From NCBI GenBank assembly GCA_963617535.1, contig CAVEPD010000001.1, positions 1,914 through 65,913 of the forward strand: DNA of 64,000 bases, in the 5' to 3' direction. Positions 36,357 to 46,427 of this stretch are shown here, in pieces (the first letter of the stretch is position 1; each line of letters starts with the position of its first letter). The position numbers were made by a program, and so were the translations under genes. Below the pieces are notes generated by a model. That model had not been told where the DNA came from. It made no database searches and saw only the letters and a list, made by a program, of their open reading frames with translations. Origin of the DNA: a bacterium (GTDB taxonomy: Bacteria > Bacillota_I > Bacilli_A > RFN20 > CAG-826).

Positions 36357-38063
36357 ATGAAAAAACAGTGGTTTCTTTCTTTCTCCTGCTTGCCTTTGCT
36401 TCTCTCGATCTCCGGGTGCAATTTCTTTAGCGTTCCTACTTCAAATTACGAAGACGATATCACGGTGAAAAGCGTCTATCATCGTCTCTATAACTACAAT
36501 AATGAGTATTCGATTCAAACCAAGGGACTCACAACTTATTATGTGAATGGTGGCTCATTGCCTTATGTGGATGTCTCCACTTTCATCTCGGCTTTAGAAG
36601 GCCTTTATCAAACGAAATATATTTCTTATTCCACTCCTTCGGAGAGGAAGCTCGTAGCCACTTGGCGAACTCAGACAGCGAAATACACTCTTACGATAGA
36701 TGATGAGAAGAACACCATCACGGCAAATTCCATGACTTTCTTCGATTTGGTCTACAGCACTTCGGGGACCAATTACAGTTTTGCTTTGAAGACCGTAGAT
36801 ACGAAAACAACGCAAGAGTCCCCTAAAACATTTGATTTAGGGACTTACGGAATTGAAATTTACCGCAAAAAGGACTTGGTTTTGATCCCTTTTTGCGTGG
36901 CGAATACCCTTTTTTGCTCCAGCAATTATTACAATTTCTACTTTAATGGGAACGCCTATTACGGGACCTATTTTGGCTTTGCCATGGACTCTAGCGACGC
37001 TTTGGAGGATTCCTTCACAAGCCGCAGCTGGTATGGGGGAAGCATCCCAAACGACATTGCTTCGATGAACGCCAAACATTTCCTTTTCATCATGGATAAC
37101 TACTATGGCTTGAAAGATTACTACAAGATCGATTCTTTTGCCTCGTACCTTGGGGATGAAGTGGTGAATAAGCTTTCCTCTACGAACGAGGAAAGCGCGA
37201 GAAGCGGGTTCTATGCCTCTTTGTTTGAAAAACTTGATGAGCTTCATACGAGTTTCGATTACTATTCCTTCTTTTGCAATTCAACTTCCCTGAAACCTAC
37301 TTATGGCCCTGTTAGGACGTCATACCGCGAGGAAAGCTCCGAGCTTGAAGCGGCTTATGCCTCCGCTTATCCTGGCAACGAGCCCGTCCGCTTCTATGAC
37401 GATACGGCAATCATCGTCGCACAAAGCCCCATTCAGACAGGCGCTTCCTCCGACTTGCATGACGATAGTGGGAATTTAAAAGAAGACGCCTACACGAAGG
37501 ACTCTTTCTACTACATGAAAGAGATGCTTTCCCGCATCGAAAAGCATGGGGGCATCAATAACGTCCTTCTTGATATGAGCAGGAATGGGGGAGGCAATAT
37601 GGGAGCGGCCTTCCGGATGCTTGGGATAATGAATGATAAAGACGTCGTATATGGAAGCACGAATAGGCTTTCGGATTCTGGCTATGCAATCACGATGAGA
37701 ATCGATGTGAACGAAGATGGAAGCTATGACGACGATGACGCCTATGGCTCCTATAACTGGGGCATTCTGACTTCTGCGGTAACTTTCTCTGCGGCCAACT
37801 ATTTAGCCTGCAACGCCTCTTACTCGGGGGCCGCAAAAATATACGGAGAAAGAAGCGGTGGCGGAGCTTGCCCAATCGTCGGCTTCGTGAACGCGGATGG
37901 TTCTTCCTTCCACATGTCTGGACCCTCAATGCTTCAATGCGCTGAGGTGAAGAACGATTCGATTAACTTCAAGGAAGTTCAATCTGGAGCCACCCTAGAC
38001 AAGGAATTGAACACGGATTACTTCTATGGGCACGACGATATGCTAGATACCCTCTTTGATTGA
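36357..38063 (+). CDS. Lipoprotein with a C-terminal peptidase S41 (tail-specific protease-like) domain
   Basis: 568 aa with lipobox LSISGC. S41-type motifs are present: VLLDMSRNGGGN and LTSAVTFSAANYL. Confidence 0.65.
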   Translation: MKKQWFLSFSCLPLLLSISGCNFFSVPTSNYEDDITVKSVYHRLYNYNNEYSIQTKGLTTYYVNGGSLPYVDVSTFISALEGLYQTKYISYSTPSERKLVATWRTQTAKYTLTIDDEKNTITANSMTFFDLVYSTSGTNYSFALKTVDTKTTQESPKTFDLGTYGIEIYRKKDLVLIPFCVANTLFCSSNYYNFYFNGNAYYGTYFGFAMDSSDALEDSFTSRSWYGGSIPNDIASMNAKHFLFIMDNYYGLKDYYKIDSFASYLGDEVVNKLSSTNEESARSGFYASLFEKLDELHTSFDYYSFFCNSTSLKPTYGPVRTSYREESSELEAAYASAYPGNEPVRFYDDTAIIVAQSPIQTGASSDLHDDSGNLKEDAYTKDSFYYMKEMLSRIEKHGGINNVLLDMSRNGGGNMGAAFRMLGIMNDKDVVYGSTNRLSDSGYAITMRIDVNEDGSYDDDDAYGSYNWGILTSAVTFSAANYLACNASYSGAAKIYGERSGGGACPIVGFVNADGSSFHMSGPSMLQCAEVKNDSINFKEVQSGATLDKELNTDYFYGHDDMLDTLFD

Positions 38064-38079
38064 TTAAGCCGAGTTTTGC

Positions 38080-38110
38080 GGGTTTTCTCTTTACAAAACC
38101 CTATTATTTT
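38080..38110 (+). terminator. Candidate terminator after the S41 lipoprotein gene
   Basis: GGGTTTT-ctctttac-AAAACCC stem followed by a T-rich tract. Confidence 0.5.
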
Positions 38111-38169
38111 CCCCATGTAATGCGTGCGTATGAGGGCGGTTTTCGTTTTGAAAACAAATTTTCAAGAAA

Positions 38170-38196
38170 TTAGCACTCTACCCTTGCGAGTGCTAA
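38170..38196 (+). promoter_or_regulatory. CIRCE operator (HrcA binding site)
   Basis: TTAGCACTC-N9-GAGTGCTAA, a perfect match to the CIRCE consensus, 53 nt upstream of clpB. Confidence 0.92.
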
Positions 38197-38211
38197 AAAA
38201 TGGATTATAGT
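38184..38211 (+). promoter_or_regulatory. Candidate sigma-A promoter overlapping CIRCE
   Basis: TTGCGA, a 16-nt spacer, then TATAGT. The -35 box lies inside the operator. Confidence 0.4.
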
Positions 38212-38248
38212 TTCCCTGTCCGATTTAGTTCGGAGAAAGGAGAACTCT

Positions 38249-40378
38249 ATGGATAACATGGAACAACCGATTGATTATTCTCGCGATCCCGATGTCTTGA
38301 AGAAATTTGGCAGGGATCTTAATGAAGCCGTCTCTAGCGGCAAAGTCGACCCTGTAATTGGCAGGGACGAAGAAATAAGGAAAGTCATACAAGTCTTGGC
38401 CAGAAAGACCAAGAACAATGTCGTTTTACTAGGTGAGCCTGGCGTGGGCAAAACCGCGATTGTCGAAGGTCTTGCTGAGCGTATCGTAAAGAAGGACGTC
38501 CCGGTCTCGCTTCAAGGAAAAACGATTTACGAGCTTGATATGGGCGCCCTAGTCGCAGGCGCGAAATACCGCGGCGAATTCGAGGAGCGTCTGAAAGCCG
38601 TCCTTAACAAGATAAAGGAAAGCAATCACAAGACAATTCTCTTCATCGATGAGATCCATTTGATCGTCGGCGCAGGCAAAAGTGAGGGCGCGATGGACGC
38701 GGCGAACCTCTTAAAACCTCTTTTGGCTAGAGGCGATATCGACTGCATTGGCGCGACTACCCTTAATGAGTACCGCGAATACATCGAAAAAGACCGCGCT
38801 TTGGAAAGACGTTTCCAAACCGTTATGGTGGGTGAGCCGACCGTTGAAGATACCATCACAATCCTTCGTGGTCTGAAGGAACGCTTCGAGTCTTACCATG
38901 GCGTGCAGATAACCGACGGGGCGCTTATTTCCGCGGCTACTCTCTCGAATCGTTACATCACAAATCGCTTCTTGCCGGATAAAGCAATCGATCTCTTGGA
39001 TGAGGCTTGCGCCTCCATCAAAGTTGAAATCGAATCGATGCCGACTGAACTCGATGAGGTTTCTCGCAAAATCAGAAGCCTTGAGATCGAGAAGGTCGCC
39101 CTGGCTAAGGAAAAAGACGAATCCTCTTTGCGCCGCATGGAGGCCCTTGAGAAAGAACTGGCTGAGGACAAGGAGAAATTCGATTCTTTGAATAAGGAAT
39201 GGCAAAAAGAAAAAGAGGAGGTCAGCGAGGCTAAGAATCTCAAAAAGGAGATTGAAGACGCGAAGCGCAACCTCTCCAACTATTTCGCTCAGGGCGATTA
39301 CAAGAAAGCCTCTGAACTTCAATACAAGACGATTCCTGAACTTCAACAAAGGCTTCATGACGTCTCCGTTGCTAGCAAAGACAAGGAGAGACTCGTCAAC
39401 GAGGTCGTGGATGAAGAGGAAATTGCCAAAATCGTCGGCAGAATGACCGGCATTCCCGTATCCCGAATTAAGAAGGGCGACAGGGAGAAGGTCTTGGACC
39501 TCAAGAAGACACTTCAACAAAGAGTCATTGGTCAAGACGAGGCGATCACGCTTGTCTCTAACGCGATCATCCGTCAAAGAGCGGGCATCAAGAACCCCAA
39601 TCGCCCGATTGGCTCCTTCTTGTTCCTTGGCCCCACAGGCGTAGGCAAAACAGAGGTCTCTAAAGCCCTCGCGGAAGCCTTGTTCGATAACGAGAATTCC
39701 ATTATTCGAATTGATATGTCCGAGTATATGGAGAAATTCTCCGTCTCGCGTCTAGTGGGCGCGCCCCCGGGATATGTGGGATACGAAGAAGGCGGTCAGC
39801 TTACTGAAAAAGTTCGCAGATCCCCGTATTCGATTGTCCTCTTCGATGAAGTCGAAAAGGCGAATCCCGAAGTCTTCAACCTCTTGCTGCAGGTCCTAGA
39901 CGAAGGCCGCTTGACCGATAGCCAGGGTCGCCTCATTGATTTCCGGAACACGGTCATCATTATGACGAGCAACCTCGGCAGCGAATATTTGCTTTCTGGG
40001 CAAAAGGAAAGGGTCGAGGACTTGCTTCACAAGACCTTCAAACCTGAGTTCCTGAACCGCATCGACGAGATCGTCTACTTCAATCCTTTGGACGAAGACG
40101 TTCAAAAGAAGATCGTCAGAAAGATGCTTGTCGAACTCGAGAACCGCTTGAAAGAGCAATATGTCTCGGTGGGCTTTACCCCGAAGGTCGAGGATTATGT
40201 TCTCCATAACGCCTACAGCATGGAGTTCGGAGCACGTCCTTTGAAGAGATTCATCCAGGACAAGATCGAGACCTTCCTTGCGAATAAGATCGTTGATGGG
40301 AGCCTTGGTACGGAGTCCAAATACGTCCTTGATATGGAGGGCGACGAATTGCTTCTAAAGAAAGCAAACGCCGCCTAA
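38249..40378 (+). CDS. clpB: ATP-dependent chaperone ClpB, short form lacking the N-terminal domain
   Basis: 709 aa. It starts directly before NBD1 (...[43 protein letters not shown]). A coiled-coil middle domain and NBD2 (GPTGVGKTE) are both present. Confidence 0.9.
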   Translation: MDNMEQPIDYSRDPDVLKKFGRDLNEAVSSGKVDPVIGRDEEIRKVIQVLARKTKNNVVLLGEPGVGKTAIVEGLAERIVKKDVPVSLQGKTIYELDMGALVAGAKYRGEFEERLKAVLNKIKESNHKTILFIDEIHLIVGAGKSEGAMDAANLLKPLLARGDIDCIGATTLNEYREYIEKDRALERRFQTVMVGEPTVEDTITILRGLKERFESYHGVQITDGALISAATLSNRYITNRFLPDKAIDLLDEACASIKVEIESMPTELDEVSRKIRSLEIEKVALAKEKDESSLRRMEALEKELAEDKEKFDSLNKEWQKEKEEVSEAKNLKKEIEDAKRNLSNYFAQGDYKKASELQYKTIPELQQRLHDVSVASKDKERLVNEVVDEEEIAKIVGRMTGIPVSRIKKGDREKVLDLKKTLQQRVIGQDEAITLVSNAIIRQRAGIKNPNRPIGSFLFLGPTGVGKTEVSKALAEALFDNENSIIRIDMSEYMEKFSVSRLVGAPPGYVGYEEGGQLTEKVRRSPYSIVLFDEVEKANPEVFNLLLQVLDEGRLTDSQGRLIDFRNTVIIMTSNLGSEYLLSGQKERVEDLLHKTFKPEFLNRIDEIVYFNPLDEDVQKKIVRKMLVELENRLKEQYVSVGFTPKVEDYVLHNAYSMEFGARPLKRFIQDKIETFLANKIVDGSLGTESKYVLDMEGDELLLKKANAA

Positions 40379-40382
40379 AACA

Positions 40383-40422
40383 AAAAAAAGAGGGAAGACG
40401 TGAACGCGTTTTCCCTCTTTTG
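40383..40422. terminator. Bidirectional terminator between clpB and pepF
   Basis: An A-run, then GAGGGAA-N14-TTCCCTC, then TTTT. Confidence 0.65.
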
Positions 40423-40424
40423 CG

Positions 40425-42197
40425 TTATTCGTTCAGCAACTTATCAAGCTGATCGACGAGCTCCTCCATGCGGTGGATGACCGAGAGGAAGGGCTCTTTC
40501 GTAGTTAGGTCAACTCCGCCGAGTTTAACCTCTTCAATCGGCCAATCGCTGCCTCCAGCGGAGAGCATTTTGATGTAGTTTTCGAAGGCGTTCTTCTCGC
40601 CTTTCTTCACTTTTTCATAGATAAGCATGGAGGAAGTGAAACTCGTCGCATATTGGTATACGTAGAAGGGGGTGTAGAAAAGATGAGGGATATAGGCCCA
40701 GACCATCGGCTTCACTTTTTCTTCGGTGATGTCGATGCCGTAATAGGTCTTATAGAGTTTTATCATTTCTTCATTTAAGACGGAGTAGTTGATAGGCTTG
40801 CCCTCTTCAGCGAGCTTAGCGATATCGTATTCGTAATGTCCGAATAAAGTCTGACGGTAGAAGGTCGAGACAATTTGGTCGATGGCTTTTTGGAGCAAGA
40901 CGATTTTGTCGTCTTTATTGAGCTTGTCGGAAGAAAGCAAATAATCGAGGAGGTTGTGCTCGTTGAAAGTTGAAGCAATCTCGGCGACGAAGATGGCGTA
41001 GCCTTGCTTTAAGTTCGGCTGGTTCTCTTCGCTATAAAGCGTGTGAATGGAATGACCGGATTCGTGAGCAAGGGTGAAGACATCTTCAAGATTGCCGACA
41101 AAGTTCAGAAGAATGTAGGGGTGGACGCCGCTGCCTCCATTGCTATAGGCTCCGCTGCGCTTTCCTGAGCCTGGATAGACATCCACGTAACCAGGCTTTA
41201 ACACCTCGTGGGCCTTGTCTTGAAAGTCTTGAGGGAAGGAAGAGATGGAATCGAAGAAGAGATCCTTTGCCTCTTCGTAGGTATATTGCTTGTCAGACTT
41301 CGCCAAAGGCATGAAGCGGTCGTAGCTGCGGTGCTTTTCTAAGCCAAGAGCCTTCGCTCTGATTTTGTAGTAACGATGAAGGGGCTCAGCGTGAGTGGAA
41401 GCTACTTCCACGAGGTTCATGAAGACGCTTTCGGGGATCGCGTTTCCGGAAAGGTGCTCGGACAAGATGGAAGAATAACCTCTAGCCTTCATTTCGGCGA
41501 GCTCGCTTTGCACGGTTAGGTTATAGATTTCACCATAGACATTCTTGTGGCTTTCGAACTGCGAATATAAGGCTTCGAAAATCGCCGCCCGGTCTTCTTG
41601 CTTGGGCTCTTTGCTGATGAGGTCGGTCCAGTTCGATGTGCTGACCTCAATTTCCCTGCCGTCGCTTAACTTAGTCTTCGCGGGAACATAATCCCCAACG
41701 GAGAGCTTGCTATAAAGCTCGCCCCCTTCTCCCGTGATTGGGGAGAAGGCCGCCATGAGTTTTTCCTTCTCAGGGGAAAGGACGTATTTCTGGTTGTTAA
41801 AGAGCTTCTCGAAGATGAAGGAATAGTCATTGAATTCCGGATTTCTCCGCAAAAAGTCCTCCAATTTCTCTTTTCCAAGGGCAATAAGCTCAGGCGATTC
41901 GAAACTTGTCTTCGCGTTGATGTCCTGTAAAACCAAGAAGACTTTGCTCTCGGTCTCGGTGTAAGAGACGTTCTTCTTGTCCTTGTCGCTTTGCATCCCG
42001 GCGAACATATAAAGATGCTCGAGAAGGTCGTTCATCTCTCTTTCGAGGGTGAGATATTCTTTTAGCTTCTCCTCGTCGCCTAATTTGCCGGCGTATCCGC
42101 CCATTTGATCGGCAATGCCTTTTAATTTCTCTAGATCCGCGTCGAACTTCTCTTGGCTCGGGTAGATTCGGCTCAGATCCCAAACTTTTTCATCCAT
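40425..42197 (-). CDS. pepF: Oligoendopeptidase F (M3B)
   Basis: 590 aa. It has the HESGH zinc motif (LAHESGHSIH) and M3B-like similarity over its full length. Confidence 0.9.
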   Translation of the reverse strand: MDEKVWDLSRIYPSQEKFDADLEKLKGIADQMGGYAGKLGDEEKLKEYLTLEREMNDLLEHLYMFAGMQSDKDKKNVSYTETESKVFLVLQDINAKTSFESPELIALGKEKLEDFLRRNPEFNDYSFIFEKLFNNQKYVLSPEKEKLMAAFSPITGEGGELYSKLSVGDYVPAKTKLSDGREIEVSTSNWTDLISKEPKQEDRAAIFEALYSQFESHKNVYGEIYNLTVQSELAEMKARGYSSILSEHLSGNAIPESVFMNLVEVASTHAEPLHRYYKIRAKALGLEKHRSYDRFMPLAKSDKQYTYEEAKDLFFDSISSFPQDFQDKAHEVLKPGYVDVYPGSGKRSGAYSNGGSGVHPYILLNFVGNLEDVFTLAHESGHSIHTLYSEENQPNLKQGYAIFVAEIASTFNEHNLLDYLLSSDKLNKDDKIVLLQKAIDQIVSTFYRQTLFGHYEYDIAKLAEEGKPINYSVLNEEMIKLYKTYYGIDITEEKVKPMVWAYIPHLFYTPFYVYQYATSFTSSMLIYEKVKKGEKNAFENYIKMLSAGGSDWPIEEVKLGGVDLTTKEPFLSVIHRMEELVDQLDKLLNE

Positions 42198-42259
42198 GTT
42201 TTTGCCTCCATGAAAAAATCACCTAGAAGCCTAATGGAGGAAGGCTTGCCTTGCAAGGA

Positions 42260-42886
42260 TTAGCCGCGTTTATATTTGGCGAGAAGGACCAAAATGATCT
42301 GAATCGGGATGCCTACGACCAAGATGAACCAGACGTTCTCGCTTGGCTCCCTAAAGAATTGGAAATAGAAGCAGAACGCCAAAAGAAGAGTCCATAAGAA
42401 GGAGCTTGCAAGAATCCAAAAAGCGAGGCGGTTATGATAAAACCAACGTACCTCCCACGCGGAGAGGAAACACATGACGGGAATCATCCAGACATAGACT
42501 GACCAAACGCCGACGGGGACGTCTTTTCCCTCGTGAATGAAATAAGAGGAGAAGAAGATCGACATCGCGACCAGTAAAACAAACGTTAGGGTCATTGCGA
42601 GGATAACGGCTTTGTTAGAGGCATTCTCGTCTCGCTTCTTTTCTTCCGCGACATGTTGTTCGATGGCTTCTGGAAGATGTTCCTGCGTCAAATAATCGAT
42701 AGTAACCCCATAGAAATGGGCGATGTCGAGCATGACATCGACCGAAGGCAATGCGTAGCCAAGTTCCCATTTGGAAAGGGATTTATCGCTGTAATTGATC
42801 TGCTGCGCGAGCTCTTGCTGCGTGAGGCCCTTGGCTTTGCGTAGGGCTGAGAGGTTCTTTCCAACCGTTAGGGCGAGGTTTTCCAT
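42260..42886 (-). CDS. Membrane-bound XRE-family HTH transcriptional regulator
   Basis: 208 aa. An N-terminal HTH_3 domain (LRKAKGLTQQELAQQINYSDKSLSKWELG) is followed by about 4 TM helices. Confidence 0.75.
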   Translation of the reverse strand: MENLALTVGKNLSALRKAKGLTQQELAQQINYSDKSLSKWELGYALPSVDVMLDIAHFYGVTIDYLTQEHLPEAIEQHVAEEKKRDENASNKAVILAMTLTFVLLVAMSIFFSSYFIHEGKDVPVGVWSVYVWMIPVMCFLSAWEVRWFYHNRLAFWILASSFLWTLLLAFCFYFQFFREPSENVWFILVVGIPIQIILVLLAKYKRG

Positions 42887-42928
42887 GCCGCTATTTTAGG
42901 CGCGAGAAAACCTTTGGGCAAATTTTCC

Positions 42929-45900
42929 TTAACTGATGGGGTAAGTCACGTAAGTGGTGGCGGAAGCGAAGTTGCCGCTAGTCACGTATCCGTTGTCGTA
43001 ATAATTCGAGGCGTAAGCATCGGCCGCTTGGAGGCTGGTCGTGCTGATTTTCTTTTTGTTGGGAGAACGCAAAGTGATTTGACCTTCGGATGAACCGGAA
43101 CCCTTATTCCAAACGGAAACGTATGTTCCCGTAGAGACATTAGCCAAAGATGCGCTGAAAGAAACGGTAATCACGGAAACTAAGCCAACGCTTCCGCTCA
43201 AAGCCGTTAAAGTCTTTTGCTTATCGCTGCCTACATTGACTTCTTTCCCCTCGATTTTGATTTCCAAAGCTGATGTCAAAGAGCTGGATAAAGAGCTAAG
43301 ATCCATTTTTGCGTTCCAAGCGTGGACGCCGCTGCTCTCTGAATGAGAATAGGAAGAAACCATCTCCTCGCCATGCAAGGAAGTTCCTTTGGTTGACTCG
43401 GATGTGCTAATTTTATCCATGATGGTTGAACTCATGCCCATCACATAGCCTAGCATCCAATTCATGATGTTTGCGGTAAAATCGCTGGCTTTGACCTTGG
43501 CCCAGTCTTCCGAGATGGTCTCGCGCGTGATTCCCGCGGTTTGCTTTTGATTAACGCGATGGAAAAAGATAATCCCGTCCGAATCGTCTCCAGACGTGTG
43601 GAAATAGAATTCGACGTAACGAGTCCCGCCGCCAATGGCTCCACCTCCGCCATTAACTGCGACTATCATGGGGACTTCAATAGTCCCTATAGCCTTTACT
43701 TCGGCCCCGTTCAAGGATACCCAAAGCGAGAATGGGACGTCTTTGTCAAATATGGAGACGTCTTTGTCAAATATGGATAGGATCTTCAATGTTGCGGTTC
43801 CGCTTAAGTGGTAAGTGGAGACATTGTTTTCGTCTTCTCCCAAAGTTGCCGATCCGAGAACATACTCGAGTAGCGTTGAAAGTGAGGAGAAATCCGTCAT
43901 TGAATCCCGCTTTGCCTGAAGATCAGAAACCTGCAAATCCGTTTCTAACAAGGCCGTTTGAGGGACTTCTGCGTCGATTTTGAAATAAATCTCTTTGGAT
44001 TCGGTGATCAATTTGAAATCGATGGAAGAAAGGCCGTTCTCGTTGAATTCGATGTTGAGGGGGACGTCTTCCTCGCTGCCTAGGACATCCTTAGAAATAA
44101 CGGCGGCAATCTTATCGCCTGTGCGGGTAACGCTTACGAGTATCTTCTCGCTGAGAAGTGGCGCGAACTGACCTTGGGAGATTTTGGCGACAAGGGTCGT
44201 AGCCAAAGTGTCGGCCGCGGAGGTGAACTTGGTGAAACGAGGATCGTCGGAGCTGAGCAAGGTTGTCGCTAACTCCAAGATATCATTTAAGGAGGAGACG
44301 CTGAACTTGCCATAAAGCGTGTCTGCATCGGGCTCGCTGATGTTTCCGTAATCCAAGTCTTTGTAGCCTTCGGCGTTGCCGTTTTTCAAAGTGTTACTCG
44401 AATCATAAGAGAAAAGCATGTCGCCTGTTTCAGTGCTTGCACCGATCTCTCCGTCTAGTTGCAAGGCGAGGGCGTGCTCATTTAGATAATCCGCTTTGCG
44501 ATCAAGGACGACGGCGTTGGCACACGCCGCCTTTTCTTGCAGATTAAAGGCGAAATTTCCCTCAAGACTGAACCCTTGCTCGGTGATGGTTTTGCCGCTT
44601 AAGGAAGCAAAGCGGGAATCGCTGCTAACTGCGGTTGTGCCACGGTCAAGAACATAGCCTTGCACGCTCGCCTTCATGGAATGATGCTGAAATAGATTCT
44701 CGACTTGGTCGGTTAAGGTGGGCAGATGGTCCATCTCCTGATATTCGTCTTTGTTGAAAGATACGGAGCCTGTGTAATCGCTTATTTTTAACGTGCCTTC
44801 TACTCCGAAACCCCCGATGGAGAAGCCGTCGAAAGTAAGGGAAGCCAAAGCGAAATCGCTGCTGCTCAAACGGAAAATCAGTTTTCCTTCTCCGCCTGCC
44901 TTGCTGAAATCGAAAGTTGCTTCGATCTGGTTCTCTTTGCTTTCCAAGGAAATCAAGGCTTCTAAGAAATGCTCGTAATGCTTTTCGGAAATGTCTTTGC
45001 CGATGAGGCTATTTTTCACGCTTTCAAAGGCGTCGCTGATGGAGCCGATTGAAGAAAATAAGGCGGAGAGGTATTCGTTTTTGATGGATTCATCGCCCAA
45101 TAGATCTGCGAAAGCACTGAAGAAAGCGTCCGCGGTCGTTTTGCTAGTCTTTACTTTTAAGATGCTATTTACGTCGACATAGGCTTCCTTATCAGCTTCC
45201 CCTTGAATGTAATGACCGGCGAGCTTCTTGGTTTGCTTATCGCCTTTGAAGACGGCGCTGATTGAAAGATCGTTGATTTTTTGATTTTGGAAATTGGCTC
45301 CCCCGTTTAGCGAGAAGGTGAGCTTCTCGTCGAATCCCTGGTGACCGATTGTAGTCGCGGTGCTTTCGACCGTGTCTTCGTGATGAGTGAGCAAAAGCCC
45401 CTCTTCCTCGTTTCCGTTCTCCGTGTGGGTGGTGGAAATATCAAAAGAAAGCTTGCCGGCATAGGTCGCGATCCTTTCCCAAAGGTCGATGGAGTTATCT
45501 AAGGGCAGATAAGAAGAAGCATTCTCGGGGGCGCTTATTTGGGCTCCGTTGTAATCAAAGGACGCGGAGAGGCTTAGCTCCATGCCGTTGCTCAATTTGT
45601 TTGACGCCCCTGTGCCTTTCGCGGGGAAGTCAATCTTGGAGAGATAATAGTCCTCATCGCCTTGCAAACCGACGGAATAAACGTTCTCTCCAATTGGTAG
45701 ATTCCAAACAAAATAATGGCTTTCTGCGTCGATTTCGTTTAAATCGTCTAAAGAAGAGGAAATTTTTTCAAAGTCAATCGTAGAGGTGTCATCGAAATCG
45801 GGCTTCACATCATAGCCATAGGAAGAAAGGATCTGGAGAATATCTTCCAAAACCCAGTCAAGCTTTCCGAATTCGTATTGAGTGATACCTCCGGTTACGG

Positions 45901-46426
45901 AGTCACGGCCGTCTTCCTCGCCATACTGGTAAGAGGCAGTGGAAACCTTATAAGCCACGTTATAGGTGGCGCTGTCTGATCCTGGCGCTTCTAAAGCGAA
46001 ATAAAGCTCGTCATCCACGAGCCTTGCGTCAATGGACCTTCCTCCGCTGGCGTTGTAGTTGACCTCGGCCTGCAAGCTTAGGTTCAAGCCATGAAGCGAC
46101 AATTCTTTTAGGTCGAAGGATAAGGAGCCGTTGCTGAACTCGAAGACGTTATTCTCATCCGCCTTCAAAGTCATTTGGTCTAGTTTGAGCGACAAGCCAG
46201 AGGTGAGAGAATTCGTGAGGCTCTCCGCGAGGCGCTTCGCTCCGACGCTTTCGCTTGTGCGGATTTCCTCGGAAGTCCCGTTTTCTTGGTAATTGGCTTT
46301 TGCGACGTTAGGAGAGACGCAGGAAGATAAAGAAAAAGCTAAAGCGCCTAGGGCTAGGCGCTTTAAAGGAGCGAAGGGTTTCCTCCGCTCCCAAAAAGAG
46401 TTGTTCGCTTTTTCTTTTTCGTGCAT
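42929..46426 (-). CDS. Giant (1,165 aa) predicted lipoprotein of unknown function; paralog of the upstream gene
   Basis: Signal peptide plus lipobox (LAFSLSSC). It is collinear with the 1,210-aa neighbour. No known domain is recognised. The start lies 1 nt after the upstream stop. Confidence 0.8.
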   Translation of the reverse strand: MHEKEKANNSFWERRKPFAPLKRLALGALAFSLSSCVSPNVAKANYQENGTSEEIRTSESVGAKRLAESLTNSLTSGLSLKLDQMTLKADENNVFEFSNGSLSFDLKELSLHGLNLSLQAEVNYNASGGRSIDARLVDDELYFALEAPGSDSATYNVAYKVSTASYQYGEEDGRDSVTGGITQYEFGKLDWVLEDILQILSSYGYDVKPDFDDTSTIDFEKISSSLDDLNEIDAESHYFVWNLPIGENVYSVGLQGDEDYYLSKIDFPAKGTGASNKLSNGMELSLSASFDYNGAQISAPENASSYLPLDNSIDLWERIATYAGKLSFDISTTHTENGNEEEGLLLTHHEDTVESTATTIGHQGFDEKLTFSLNGGANFQNQKINDLSISAVFKGDKQTKKLAGHYIQGEADKEAYVDVNSILKVKTSKTTADAFFSAFADLLGDESIKNEYLSALFSSIGSISDAFESVKNSLIGKDISEKHYEHFLEALISLESKENQIEATFDFSKAGGEGKLIFRLSSSDFALASLTFDGFSIGGFGVEGTLKISDYTGSVSFNKDEYQEMDHLPTLTDQVENLFQHHSMKASVQGYVLDRGTTAVSSDSRFASLSGKTITEQGFSLEGNFAFNLQEKAACANAVVLDRKADYLNEHALALQLDGEIGASTETGDMLFSYDSSNTLKNGNAEGYKDLDYGNISEPDADTLYGKFSVSSLNDILELATTLLSSDDPRFTKFTSAADTLATTLVAKISQGQFAPLLSEKILVSVTRTGDKIAAVISKDVLGSEEDVPLNIEFNENGLSSIDFKLITESKEIYFKIDAEVPQTALLETDLQVSDLQAKRDSMTDFSSLSTLLEYVLGSATLGEDENNVSTYHLSGTATLKILSIFDKDVSIFDKDVPFSLWVSLNGAEVKAIGTIEVPMIVAVNGGGGAIGGGTRYVEFYFHTSGDDSDGIIFFHRVNQKQTAGITRETISEDWAKVKASDFTANIMNWMLGYVMGMSSTIMDKISTSESTKGTSLHGEEMVSSYSHSESSGVHAWNAKMDLSSLSSSLTSALEIKIEGKEVNVGSDKQKTLTALSGSVGLVSVITVSFSASLANVSTGTYVSVWNKGSGSSEGQITLRSPNKKKISTTSLQAADAYASNYYDNGYVTSGNFASATTYVTYPIS
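43736..43777. repeat. Perfect in-frame 21-bp tandem duplication inside the 1,165-aa gene
   Basis: GACGTCTTTGTCAAATATGGA occurs twice (43736-43756 and 43757-43777), encoding SIFDKDV-SIFDKDV on the minus strand. Confidence 0.97.
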
Positions 46427-46427
46427 T

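Noticed and set aside
38711-39577. 288-aa ORF antisense to clpB
   Set aside because: It is a shadow ORF opposite the coiled-coil middle domain of ClpB, whose repetitive codon usage keeps the antisense frame open. It has no motifs and no SD.
43736-43777. Possibility that the 21-bp direct repeat marks a CRISPR or minisatellite locus
   Set aside because: There are only two adjacent copies with no spacers, and they lie inside a long intact ORF in frame. It is a simple tandem duplication.
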